Assembly: GCA_963676395.1 (NCBI GenBank)
Contig: OY781066.1
Location: forward strand, 832,001 to 896,000
Reading direction: 5' to 3'
Source: a bacterium
Lineage (GTDB): Bacteria; Fidelibacterota; Fidelibacteria; Fidelibacterales; Fidelibacteraceae
Length of the DNA stretch: 64,000 nt
Under the pieces are notes generated by a model. It was not told the DNA's origin and did no database searches. It saw only the letters and a program-made list of their open reading frames with translations. Shown here piece after piece: positions 53,178-63,381 of the stretch (its first letter is position 1; each line of letters starts with the position of its first letter). The position numbers and the translations under genes are program-made.

Positions 53178-53544
53178 ACAGCAAATATCCTTATTTAATA
53201 TATCTCATTTCCAAGTAAGTTAAGAGGTATATTCCATTTTATCAAGAAAGTTTATACTTGTTCAGCAGGCCGGCACAAAGCAAAAAGGAATTAAATATTC
53301 CATGTTCGAATTCTCAAATCCACTCATCATTCTATCTCTTATACCAGTTGCCAAACACAATATAAATGACATGTATTAAAATTTTACACAATAAAATAAG
53401 CCCCTCATTTCTGAAGAGCGAATGGTATGTCATCAGGAAGGTCCACCAGTTGACATATAAGAATATGCCGAAAACCTTTTATCTACATAGATTTTAGAGG
53501 CCATGAGTATCAAAATGGAGCAACAATAAATTCATCGCTTCATT

Positions 53545-54432
53545 TTAATGGAATTCAGTTTCTCTATTATATACTCTTCTTGTTGGGTAAGCCAGTTCGA
53601 TAGTGTTTTCTTTATGAAATTCCTGCAAAACAGTTTCCCATATATTATGCTCACTGGTTCGACGTTGACGAGGATTAACCAAATATCTAAGTGTTAGCAG
53701 AACACCACTTTCTTTTACACTTGTGTAGATAATAGGAGTCAATTTATCATAAAAGATCATATACTTTCTTGCTGCCTTCTTGATTTGTTGCTGGGCGCCT
53801 TGAGAAAGGTGCATAACATTTTCTTCGGCAACTTTTTCCATAAGTTGTTTTGCTTTTTTCCAATCACTCTCAAAGGTTATCAAAACCGGTATTTCATTCC
53901 AAATATACTGAAAACCTATTTCATAATTGGCAATTTTACCTGTAATAGCTTTACTATTGGGAATATGAATAATTCTTCCCGTGCTCTGATCCGCATCTAC
54001 CCAATTGCCACATTCAACCATGCTAAATTGCATTACACGCAGATCAATAACATCACCAATCACATTATCTACTTCAATACGATCTCCTACTTTAAAAGGC
54101 TTAACCCACATTATATAGAGCCAACCAGCAAAATTTGTTATTGTATCACGAAGCGCAATGGCAATACCCGCAGAGGCAAGTCCCAAAAAAGTCGTGATAG
54201 ATTTCATTCCTTTAAACCAAACAGAGCCTACAAGAATAATTAGAAATATCGAGTATATATAAAGTATAGCCCTATTCCATCTATATAAATTAGCATCATC
54301 TTTTACCCTTTTTTTTATAATAAAATTTGCCATCAACTTCAGCAAAGTAAGGACAAGAAAAATAATCCCGGAAAACAATATTTTACGCCAGGTTGCATCT
54401 GATATCGAAAAGGACTCAAAGAAAGACAACAT
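53545..54432 (-). CDS. MscS family mechanosensitive channel
   Basis: GLASAGIAIAL, PFKVGDRIEV, HIPNS, IELAYPTR. Confidence 0.9.
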   Translation of the reverse strand: MLSFFESFSISDATWRKILFSGIIFLVLTLLKLMANFIIKKRVKDDANLYRWNRAILYIYSIFLIILVGSVWFKGMKSITTFLGLASAGIAIALRDTITNFAGWLYIMWVKPFKVGDRIEVDNVIGDVIDLRVMQFSMVECGNWVDADQSTGRIIHIPNSKAITGKIANYEIGFQYIWNEIPVLITFESDWKKAKQLMEKVAEENVMHLSQGAQQQIKKAARKYMIFYDKLTPIIYTSVKESGVLLTLRYLVNPRQRRTSEHNIWETVLQEFHKENTIELAYPTRRVYNRETEFH

Positions 54433-54559
54433 ATAAACCTCAATATTATAAATAGACATCTTAAAATAACATAAAGCTCTCTTTTATTGCAAGAATATCT
54501 TGATTTATTAGCGTTGGAATAGCTAACATATAAAGTAATTCATTAAACAAAGGATAAAT

Positions 54560-55624
54560 ATGGCAAGATTCCTAAAAAACAAAAGTGTTGCACTGGGTAA
54601 TATTCCGGGAGATCCTGTTTTTATTGGTGATAAAAAAATGGAAAAAACCGAAATACATATCATCGAATACGATAAAAATGAAATCAAAGAATATGACCTG
54701 GAAGCAAAAGACATCACTACGCTTACTCTTAACAAAAATAAAAATACCTGGATAAATATTAACGGTTTGCACGATATTGAAATGCTTAGGTCACTCGCTG
54801 ATGTATTCCACATTCATATGCTAACACAAGAAGATATCGTAAACACAGGTCAAAGATCGAAAATTGAAGAGTATGATAATTATCTATATTTCGTCATGAA
54901 AATGCTGCAAATTGATAAGAATAATCTTCTGGTTCAAAGTGAACAATTAAGCTTAATTCTTGGTGAGAATTTCCTAATCACATTTCAAGAAAGAACCGGA
55001 GATGTCTTTACGTCAGTCAGAAATAGACTAAGAAAACAAAAAGGTCGGGTTCGAAAAATGGATACCGACTACCTTGCGTACTCTCTTTTAGACTGCATTA
55101 TTGATAGATACATGGTAATCATTGAACATTTTGGTGAAGATATTGAGAATATTGAAAATGCAATACAAGACAATCCCGATAAATCCATTTTAAACAAAAT
55201 ATATGATTACAAGCGAGAAATGAATTACTTAAGAAAAACAATAAGACCCGTTAAAGAATGTGTGTCCGGATTTTCACGCTTAGATTCAGATATTATCAAT
55301 GAGAAAACCTTACCTTTTACTAAAGATTTATTAGATTCGGTGACACAATCACTGGAAATTATTGATGCATACAGAGATATGCTATCAGATCATTTAAATA
55401 TTTATTCAACAAACATAAACAATCGTCTGAATGAGATTATGAAAATACTCACTATTTTTTCAGCTATTTTCATTCCCTTAACGTTTATTGCAGGAATATA
55501 CGGTACCAATTTCGATTTCTTGCCTGAACTACATTTTAAATATGCTTATCCAATTTTTTGGGCTATTTTATTACTTATTGCCGGTCTTATGCTGAGATTT
55601 TTTAAAAGAAAAAATTGGTTCTAA
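54560..55624 (+). CDS. corA: Mg2+/Co2+ transporter CorA
   Basis: WININGLHD, QRSKIEEY, MKILT, PLTFIAGIYGTNF..LPEL. Confidence 0.92.
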   Translation: MARFLKNKSVALGNIPGDPVFIGDKKMEKTEIHIIEYDKNEIKEYDLEAKDITTLTLNKNKNTWININGLHDIEMLRSLADVFHIHMLTQEDIVNTGQRSKIEEYDNYLYFVMKMLQIDKNNLLVQSEQLSLILGENFLITFQERTGDVFTSVRNRLRKQKGRVRKMDTDYLAYSLLDCIIDRYMVIIEHFGEDIENIENAIQDNPDKSILNKIYDYKREMNYLRKTIRPVKECVSGFSRLDSDIINEKTLPFTKDLLDSVTQSLEIIDAYRDMLSDHLNIYSTNINNRLNEIMKILTIFSAIFIPLTFIAGIYGTNFDFLPELHFKYAYPIFWAILLLIAGLMLRFFKRKNWF

Positions 55625-55770
55625 AGCTTAGCCATAATATATAGTTTTATTTACCACTTTTTCAGATTAGGATTTCCATCTTATCTGTATGTTGGCTATA
55701 AATTTAAATTTGTATTTTAGCGTTACGTTCAAAAAGCTTTGGATGTAATATTTTTTTAATATCGTTTATA

Positions 55771-56370
55771 AAATTAATGCTGATAGCAAAAAAGGGCTCC
55801 AATGGAGCCCTTAAATATTCTATTTACAATCAACTGTTTACTATTTTACAAATGCAATCTTCTGCACATTTACAACATCTTCAACCATAACTTTCACAAG
55901 GTAAAGACCTGTTGTCATGTTACTGGCATTTATGCGTAATTCATGTGATCCGGCATTCATTGTACCGTTGACCAGCGTTGCAATTTCACGACCGCTTAGT
56001 GTGTAAATTTTTGCGTTTACAATGGCATCGCGTGAAAGTTCTACAGGAACGACAGTGCTAGGATTGAAGGGATTGGGATATGCGGTACCAATCTCAAAAC
56101 CAGCATCCTCAACATCGTTATCAACTGTAACGACAACTGCTTTTGATTCGTATTTTGTTTCATTATTTTCATAATCAACATCGGCTAGCACATAGGTGTA
56201 TTCAACACCGGGAACAACTGTTGCATCTGTGTAAGTATAATTGTTTGTTTTGCTTGTTGTACCGGCGCCCTCAACCATAGCAAGAACGGCATTATTTCGG
56301 TAGACAATGAAAGATGCATTGTTTGTTTCTGAGGCAGTTTCCCAAGATAACTCTACAACTCCTGCATCTG
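55771..56370. repeat. ~600-bp repeat copy 1 (C-terminal module plus terminator)
   Basis: Near-identical to 59727-60326 and 61525-62124 by direct reading. Confidence 0.9.
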
Positions 56371-56944
56371 CTGTTGCCCGAAAATCAGCAAGGGTAATAG
56401 GGGTCACAGCCGCAGAAGTGAAGGTGAAATCATCAATCATTAGATACTGGGTTTGATTGAGCTCATAGGGTTCAATTTCAAACTCAATTTCATCAAGAGT
56501 ATATGATGAATAGCTACTTAAATCAACGAATGTATAATAGTTATTCGCCGAAGAATTATTAAATTCATTAAATAATATCTTATGAGTAAATTCAGTAGAT
56601 CCGGCAAATTTCCCCTTGATTAGTACATTATTATATATTGATATGGTCTCTGTATTTGATTTAAGAGGAATTATCCATAAACTACTAACATGGAAATTAT
56701 TTGATGAATTGGTAAACGAACCAACAACCCCACCTCCTATAACAGCAGTATTATTCATCATATAATTATTATCATCAAATCCATAAGCAGGTCGAATGTC
56801 CACTCCAAAACCTGTTGCATTAAAAGTCAGCCCACCTTCTGAAAAACTAGTAGCACCATAGGCCTCAGTTGTAAACTTCTCAGTAATCTGCGCTAAGAGA
56901 ACTACCGGTACTAAAAACATAGTAACAAGTAAAAGTTTTTTCAT
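55841..56944 (-). CDS. Secreted protein with shared C-terminal Ig-like and YPNPFNP sorting module
   Basis: Signal peptide; PITLADF..LSWETASETNNASF; YPNPFNP; QKIAFVK end. Confidence 0.85.
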   Translation of the reverse strand: MKKLLLVTMFLVPVVLLAQITEKFTTEAYGATSFSEGGLTFNATGFGVDIRPAYGFDDNNYMMNNTAVIGGGVVGSFTNSSNNFHVSSLWIIPLKSNTETISIYNNVLIKGKFAGSTEFTHKILFNEFNNSSANNYYTFVDLSSYSSYTLDEIEFEIEPYELNQTQYLMIDDFTFTSAAVTPITLADFRATADAGVVELSWETASETNNASFIVYRNNAVLAMVEGAGTTSKTNNYTYTDATVVPGVEYTYVLADVDYENNETKYESKAVVVTVDNDVEDAGFEIGTAYPNPFNPSTVVPVELSRDAIVNAKIYTLSGREIATLVNGTMNAGSHELRINASNMTTGLYLVKVMVEDVVNVQKIAFVK

Positions 56945-57561
56945 TAAAATACTCCCGTTTAAGTGTTAGGTGTTATTTTTTATATCAAAACATCTGATAT
57001 ATATATCACCCGATTCTAACTAATTATTAAATACATGCCCTTAAGTATAGATAATAACTTTATTTGCATTAATATATACAAAATTTTTGATTACTCCAAA
57101 TAATTTGAATACTTAAGAATTCAGCACATTATCTTTCTCTTGTAAAACGGTGATACAAAAAAGTATTTTTCTAATCGCTCACTACTGGTTTGTATTTACA
57201 TTCTTCATCTTTTGGCTTCGAAAAACCGCTTAACAACAAAACAGCCCCCTTTTTTCGAGAGATCTGTAAGTGTTCGCCATTGGGGATGGATAGATTGCAG
57301 ATTCCAGATTGATGATTGATGATTTGTGATTTGATATCCGAACAAGGAACATAGATATGTGATTTGCAAAGATTTCTAATTCCAAAATATATTTCAAATG
57401 TTCTATTATTCAAACATTCACGAAGCTAAACAAATAACAGTTATTTAGGGAGCATGGTTTATACTTTTACACATATCCATTTGTTGTTTCCAATAATTAT
57501 AGTAAATTACTAATTGATATATTACAATAAATCAAAAGGGAAATAATACGAAAGGAGTATT

Positions 57562-59340
57562 ATGAAAAAGATTTTGTTACTGATGTCTGTTCTGATGATA
57601 CCGATTACGATGCTAGTGGCCGGCGATTACGATGAATTGATGAAACTCGTTGCCTCAGATCGTGATGAGGGCGATTATTTTGGCATTACCATTTCAATCT
57701 CCGGCGATTATGCGATCGTTGGGGCAGACGGAAAGGATGATAATGCCGGTTCAGCATATATTTTTAAACGCGATGGTGTCAGTTGGTCACAGCAGGCCAA
57801 GCTTGTTGCCGCAGATCGTGCTTTGGGTGATCGATTTGGTAGTTCCGTTTCAATCTCCGGCGATTATGCTATTGTTGGGGCGGCTCATGAAGATCATGAT
57901 GTGTCCGGTGCAAACGAATTGCATGATGCCGGTTCAGCATATATTTTTAAACGCGATGGCGTCAGCTGGTCCCAGCAGACTAAACTCGTTGCCTCAGATC
58001 GTGCTACGAGCGATTTTTTTGGTGTTTCCGTTTCAATCTCCGGCGATTATGCGATCGTTGGGGCACTTTTTGATGATGATGCCGGTTCAGCATATATTTT
58101 TAAACGCGATGGTGTCAGTTGGTCACAACAGACCAAACTTGTTGCCTCAGATCGTGCTGCAATGGATCTATTTAGCCATTCCGTTTCAATCTCCGGTGAT
58201 TATGCGATCGTTGGGGCATATTATGAAGATCATGATGTGTCCGGTGCAAGCGAATTAAGTAATGCCGGCGCAGCATATATTTTTAAACGTGATGGTGATA
58301 GCTGGTCCCAGCAGGCCAAACTTGTTGCCGCAGATCGTGCTTTGGGTGATCGATTTGGTGTTTCCGTTTCAATCTCCGGCGATTATGCGATCGTTGGGGC
58401 AGACGGAAAGGATGATGATGCCGGTTCAGCATATATTTTTAAACGCGATGGCGTCAGCTGGTCCCAGCAGACTAAACTCGTTGCCTCAGATCGTGATGCA
58501 GGCGATCGATTTGGCACTTCCGTTTCAATCTCCGATGATTATGCTATCGTTGGGGCACTTTTTGATGATGATGCCGGTTCAGCATATATTTTTAAACGCG
58601 ATGGTGTCAGTTGGTCACAACAGACCAAACTTGTTGCCTCGGATCGTGCTACGGACGATTTTTTTGGCTATTCCGTTTCAATCTCTGGCGATTATGCTAT
58701 CGTTGGGGCACTTCAGGAAAATTATGGTGCATTCGGTTCAGCATATATATATTCGGTTCCAGCATCAGATGTGCCTCTTCCCATATCTCTTGCTTCTTTC
58801 GGGGCAAAGGTTCAGGGTGGCTCTGTTGAATTGTCTTGGAAAACGGCATCCGAAACCGATAACGCACATTTTCTGATCTATCGTAACAACGAAGTTATTG
58901 CTTCTATTGATGGCGCCGGAACGACCAGTGAACCGCAGAGCTATTCGTTCACAGACAATACCGTTGTTCCGGGTGTAAGTTATACCTATGTACTTGCTGA
59001 TGTTGATTATGCTAATGAAGAAGTAAGACATACTGATAAAGCAGTTACAATGGTTATCCCGGAGAATGATCTACCGCAAGAATTTGCGCTTAACGCCAAT
59101 TATCCCAATCCTTTCAATCCATCAACCACTATCAGTTATCAGCTTTCAGCTAATAGCCAGGTTGAACTATCTATTTATGACATGAGTGGTAAGAAAGTCA
59201 TGACCTTGATCAATGATAATATGCCGGCCGGTTATCATGAAACAAGTTGGAATGCATCTGATTTCACTTCCGGTATCTATTTCTATCGCCTGACCGCCGG
59301 TAACTTTGTTGAAACTAAGAAGATGGTCTTAATGAAGTAA
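57562..59340 (+). CDS. FG-GAP repeat beta-propeller protein with YPNPFNP C-terminal sorting domain
   Basis: Seven KLVA.DR...FG.SVSISGDYAIVGA...GSAYIF repeats; PISLASF module; YPNPFNP. Confidence 0.9.
   Translation: MKKILLLMSVLMIPITMLVAGDYDELMKLVASDRDEGDYFGITISISGDYAIVGADGKDDNAGSAYIFKRDGVSWSQQAKLVAADRALGDRFGSSVSISGDYAIVGAAHEDHDVSGANELHDAGSAYIFKRDGVSWSQQTKLVASDRATSDFFGVSVSISGDYAIVGALFDDDAGSAYIFKRDGVSWSQQTKLVASDRAAMDLFSHSVSISGDYAIVGAYYEDHDVSGASELSNAGAAYIFKRDGDSWSQQAKLVAADRALGDRFGVSVSISGDYAIVGADGKDDDAGSAYIFKRDGVSWSQQTKLVASDRDAGDRFGTSVSISDDYAIVGALFDDDAGSAYIFKRDGVSWSQQTKLVASDRATDDFFGYSVSISGDYAIVGALQENYGAFGSAYIYSVPASDVPLPISLASFGAKVQGGSVELSWKTASETDNAHFLIYRNNEVIASIDGAGTTSEPQSYSFTDNTVVPGVSYTYVLADVDYANEEVRHTDKAVTMVIPENDLPQEFALNANYPNPFNPSTTISYQLSANSQVELSIYDMSGKKVMTLINDNMPAGYHETSWNASDFTSGIYFYRLTAGNFVETKKMVLMK
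57640..58752 (+). repeat. Intragenic tandem repeats (~147-183 bp units)
   Basis: Recurrent tttcaatctccggcgattatgc and gcatatatttttaaacgcgatgg blocks. Confidence 0.9.
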
Positions 59341-59398
59341 ACCTTGAAACGTAAAACGTGAGACGTAAGACATCGTGAAACGTGTTTTCGTAAAATGT

Positions 59399-59426
59399 AA
59401 GGACTCGAAATTTCGGGTCCTTTTTT
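59399..59426 (+). terminator. Intrinsic terminator
   Basis: aaggactcgaaa/tttcgggtcctt followed by T-run. Confidence 0.7.
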
Positions 59427-59726
59427 CTTTATAGTAGCCAGAAGCTAGAAGCCAGAATAGATATTCGAATATGGATTAATGTTATTCGATCTTCGAAAAT
59501 TTCACATATTGTTTTCGATATTCGTAAATCTTCGTACTCTCCCTCCCTCTTTCCCTCGTGCTCTCGCTCGCTTCTTGAAACATATCACAGAACTTCCCTC
59601 ACAAAATCCAACACATATAAAATCCCCATCGCAAGGATGAGAAAGTGGAAGTTTATGTTTTATTAGTATTAAATCTAGAGCTTTGACTAATAAAGATGTA
59701 ATCTTTCTTTTAATATCTCGCTTGCG

Positions 59727-60326
59727 AAATTAATGCTGATAGCAAAAAAGGGCTCCAATGGAGCCCTTAAACATTCTATTTACAATCAACTGTTTACTAT
59801 TTTACAAATGCAATCTTCTGCACATTTACAACATCTTCAACCATAACTTTCACAAGGTAAAGACCTGTTGTCATATTACTGGCATTTATGCGTAATTCAT
59901 GTGATCCGGCATTCATTGTACCGTTGACCAGCGTTGCAATTTCACGACCGCTTAGTGTGTAAATTTTTGCGTTTACAATGGCATCGCGTGAAAGTTCTAC
60001 AGGAACGACAGTGCTAGGATTGAAGGGATTGGGATATGCCGTACCAATCTCAAAATCAGCATCCTCAACATCGTTATCAACTGTAACGACAACTGCTTTT
60101 GATTCGTATTTTGTTTCATTATTTTCATAATCAACATCAGCAAGCACATAGGTGTATTCAACACCGGGAACAACTGTTGCATCTGTATAAGTATAATTGT
60201 TTGTTTTGCTTGTTGTACCGGCGCCCTCAACCACAGCAAGAACGGCATTATTTCGGTAGACAATGAAAGATGCATTGTTTGTTTCCGAGGCAGTTTCCCA
60301 AGATAACTCTACAACTCCTGCATCTG
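59727..60326. repeat. ~600-bp repeat copy 2
   Basis: Matches 55771-56370; includes aagggctcc-aat-ggagccctt terminator. Confidence 0.9.
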
Positions 60327-60906
60327 TATTTGCAACAAAAGAGGAAAGTTCAATAGGTGTTGCTCCTCCAATTCCGGAGATAGTAATATCAACATAATTA
60401 TAATTCCTTGTATAATGTTGTACCGGCGTTTTTAAATCGAAAATGATTTCAGCAACATTATTAATAGGAGTCGATGTTCCATTATCAAAGAAACTTGTCA
60501 AAGCAGTATTACTTGTTGTTAAAGTCTTATCTGCGATCAATGTCATTGTTTGAAGTGTAAAGCCATATTTATCTTTAAAAACGACGGTTGATGAAGCCTC
60601 TACATTAGTATTAAGATAAGCTCTTAACGTCATCGCTTCAAAAGTGAAATCATCAACACCATATGCTTTTATTGTAAATGACGAACCTTGTATATCTGTA
60701 AACATTTCTGTACCATCATTTACCATAACATTGCTCACAACAAGATTGCTATTATTTGCCATTGTCTTAAAACCGGGTCCTCCTGAATCAGGATTTCCTA
60801 AATTAGCAAAATTCGTTTGAGCATTCAGAGATGTAACACACCCCAATAGCAGAATAGCAAGATATAATGTGAATGTTTTAGTAAAATTATATTTTTTGGT
60901 TACCAT
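59797..60906 (-). CDS. Secreted protein: one ~150-aa unknown beta domain plus shared C-terminal module
   Basis: Signal peptide; C-terminal ~175 aa nearly identical to the 55841 and 61595 genes. Confidence 0.85.
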   Translation of the reverse strand: MVTKKYNFTKTFTLYLAILLLGCVTSLNAQTNFANLGNPDSGGPGFKTMANNSNLVVSNVMVNDGTEMFTDIQGSSFTIKAYGVDDFTFEAMTLRAYLNTNVEASSTVVFKDKYGFTLQTMTLIADKTLTTSNTALTSFFDNGTSTPINNVAEIIFDLKTPVQHYTRNYNYVDITISGIGGATPIELSSFVANTDAGVVELSWETASETNNASFIVYRNNAVLAVVEGAGTTSKTNNYTYTDATVVPGVEYTYVLADVDYENNETKYESKAVVVTVDNDVEDADFEIGTAYPNPFNPSTVVPVELSRDAIVNAKIYTLSGREIATLVNGTMNAGSHELRINASNMTTGLYLVKVMVEDVVNVQKIAFVK

Positions 60907-61113
60907 TATTTTTCCCTTAAATTTTTCGTCATTACTTATGATAATAATTCTTCGACGTTTATATCCACTCTTAACACCGAATTATTGTTTCAAACGAGAC
61001 TTCATAAAACCAATTCGATATAATAGATTTTTCAATCTAGCTATTAAATATCTCTTAAACAATAGAAATTTTTTCGTTTACCTTCTCCCGATAATACAAA
61101 ACTTTCATATTTA

Positions 61114-61332
61114 TTAACCTAGATCGCGAATAGGTACGAGGGTATAATAAATAGCTACAAGAATGAAAACCCTACCGGTAATTTTACGCACCCGGATATA
61201 GATCTAAGTCAGCTTGGTAAATATCTTGCTAACTGATTTTGTAGCAAAGGCAAGTAGAAAGGCTAAAATAATAACCGGCAAGGCAATTGCGACACCATAG
61301 ATTAAAGGAAAAAATATCACTAGGATGGGAAA
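61114..61332 (-). pseudogene. 3' fragment of ArsG/CcdA-like membrane permease, copy 1
   Basis: Manual translation: PLIYGVAIALPVIILAFLLAFATKSVSKIFTKLT*IYIRVRKITGRVFILVAIYYTL; internal TAG at 61204-61206; no 5' part. Confidence 0.6.
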
Positions 61333-61333
61333 G

Positions 61334-61378
61334 TGGTACGCCATCAGGAACTTGAACCCAGAACCATCGGCTTAACAA
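61334..61378 (-). pseudogene. Degenerate tRNA 3' half (tRNA-Lys-like), att-like relic, copy 1
   Basis: Minus strand: TTAAGCCGATGGTTCTGGGTTCAAGTTCCTGATGGCGTACCA (T-loop-like GTTCAA, CCA end); no 5' half. Confidence 0.6.
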
Positions 61379-61524
61379 TACAGTGGAAACCCTTTATTTA
61401 TGAGGATTTTACGTTTCATGTGTACCAAGATGTGGCTGGTGAGTGGAAGTTTGTGTTTTATTAGTATTAAATCTAGAGCTTTGACTAATAAAAATGTAAT
61501 CTTTCTTTTAATATCTCGCTTGCG

Positions 61525-62124
61525 AAATTAATGCTGATAGCAAAAAAGGGCTCCAATGGAGCCCTTAAACATTCTATTTACAATCAACTGTTTACTATTT
61601 TACAAATGCAATCTTCTGCACATTTACAACATCTTCAACCATAACTTTCACAAGGTAAAGGCCTGTTGTCATGTTACTGGCATTTATACGTAATTCATGT
61701 GATCCGGCATTCATTGTACCGTTGACCAGCGTTGCAATTTCACGACCATTTAGTGTGTAAATTTTTGCATTTACAATGGCATCGCGTGAAAGTTCTACAG
61801 GAACGACAGTGCTAGGATTGAAAGGATTGGGATATGCGGTACCAATCTCAAAACTAGCATCCTCAACATCGTTATCAACTGTAACGACAACTGCTTTTGA
61901 TTCGTATTTTGTTTCATTATTTTCATAATCAACATCGGCTAGCACATAGGTGTATTCAACACCGGGTATAACTGTTGCATCAGTATATGTATAATTATTT
62001 GTTGCGCTTGTTGTACCGGCACCCTCCACTTTGGTAAGAAGAACATTGTTACGGTAGACAACAAAAGAAGCATTATTTGTTTCAGAGGCAGTCTCCCAGG
62101 ATAACTTAACAACGCCTGCATCTG
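61525..62124. repeat. ~600-bp repeat copy 3
   Basis: Matches copies 1 and 2; more diverged at ~61965-62120. Confidence 0.9.
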
Positions 62125-63166
62125 TATTTGCAACAAAAGAGGAAAGTTCAATGGGTGTTGCTCCTCCAATTCCGGAGATAGTAATATCAACATAATGATA
62201 ATTTGTAGTATAATGTTGTACCGGTGATTTTAAATCAAAAACGATTTCAGCAACATTATTAATAGGAATCGATGCTCCATTATCAAAGAAACTCGTCAAA
62301 GCAGTACGATCCATTGTTAAAGTCTTATTCGCGATCAATGTCATTGTTTGAAGTGTAGCGCCATTTTTATCTTTAAAAACGACGGTTGATGAAGCCTCTA
62401 CAATCTCAGTCATATAAGCTCTTATCGTCATCTCTTCAAAAGTGAAATCATCAACACCAAATGCTTTTATAGTAAATGACGAATGTTCTGTGCTTGTAGA
62501 CATTTCTGTACCATAATTTTCCATAACATTACTCACAACAAGATTGCTATTATTGGCCATTGTCTTAAAACCGGTTCCTCCTGAATTAAGATTTCCTAAA
62601 TTAGCAAAATCATTCGTTTGAGCAATCAGAGATCCACTGATAGTAATATCAGCATATTGATAATTCGTAGTATAATGTTGCACCGGTGATTTTAAATCAA
62701 AAACGATTTCAGCAACATTATTAATAGGAGTCGATGTCCCATTATCAAAGAAACTTGTCAAAGCAGTATTACTTGTTGTTAAAGTCTTATTTGCGATCAA
62801 TGTCATTGTTTGAAGTGTATCGCCATTTTTATCTTTAAAAACGACGGTTGATGAAGCATCTACAATCTCACTCATATAAGCTCTTATCGTCATCTCTTCA
62901 AAAGTGAAATCATCAACACCAAATGCTTTTATAGTAAATGACGAATGTTCTGTGCTTGTATACATTTCTGTACCATCATTTACCATAACATTACTCACAA
63001 CAAGATTGCTATTATTGGCCATTGTCCTAAAACCAGTTCCTCCTGAATCAGGATTTCCTAAATTAGCAAAATTCGTTTGAGCATTCAGAAATGTAACACA
63101 CCCAAAGAGCAGAATAGTAAAGCATAATGTGAGGGTTTTAGTAAAACGATGTTTCGTGGTTACCAT
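61595..63166 (-). CDS. Secreted protein: two tandem ~150-aa unknown domains plus shared C-terminal module
   Basis: Paralog of the 59797 gene with internal duplication (offset ~462 bp). Confidence 0.87.
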   Translation of the reverse strand: MVTTKHRFTKTLTLCFTILLFGCVTFLNAQTNFANLGNPDSGGTGFRTMANNSNLVVSNVMVNDGTEMYTSTEHSSFTIKAFGVDDFTFEEMTIRAYMSEIVDASSTVVFKDKNGDTLQTMTLIANKTLTTSNTALTSFFDNGTSTPINNVAEIVFDLKSPVQHYTTNYQYADITISGSLIAQTNDFANLGNLNSGGTGFKTMANNSNLVVSNVMENYGTEMSTSTEHSSFTIKAFGVDDFTFEEMTIRAYMTEIVEASSTVVFKDKNGATLQTMTLIANKTLTMDRTALTSFFDNGASIPINNVAEIVFDLKSPVQHYTTNYHYVDITISGIGGATPIELSSFVANTDAGVVKLSWETASETNNASFVVYRNNVLLTKVEGAGTTSATNNYTYTDATVIPGVEYTYVLADVDYENNETKYESKAVVVTVDNDVEDASFEIGTAYPNPFNPSTVVPVELSRDAIVNAKIYTLNGREIATLVNGTMNAGSHELRINASNMTTGLYLVKVMVEDVVNVQKIAFVK

Positions 63167-63381
63167 TATATTCCTTTTCAGTTTTCCGTTATTGCCTAAT
63201 ATTATGATTCTTCGACGTTTTTATCCACTTTCAACACCGACTTACTGCTTCAAACTAGACCTTATGATATCAAGTCTACATGAATATATATAATACACTA
63301 TAACTTAACTATTTAATATTTCCCAGACAATAAAATTATTTTCGTTTACCTTCTCCCAATAATACAAAACTTTCATATCTA

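Noticed and set aside
57171..57413. 80-aa minus-strand ORF or fluoride riboswitch-like gtgttcgcca
   Set aside because: The ORF is built from low-complexity repeats; the other fluoride aptamer elements are missing
57650..58876. Long alternative-frame ORFs and CRISPR-like periodicity
   Set aside because: Shadows of the in-frame FG-GAP coding repeats; no unique spacers and no cas genes
61117..61210. Riboswitch-like nested stem (acctagatc...gatctaagt; agggt...accct)
   Set aside because: Better explained as coding sequence of the arsG-like fragment; no recognisable aptamer consensus
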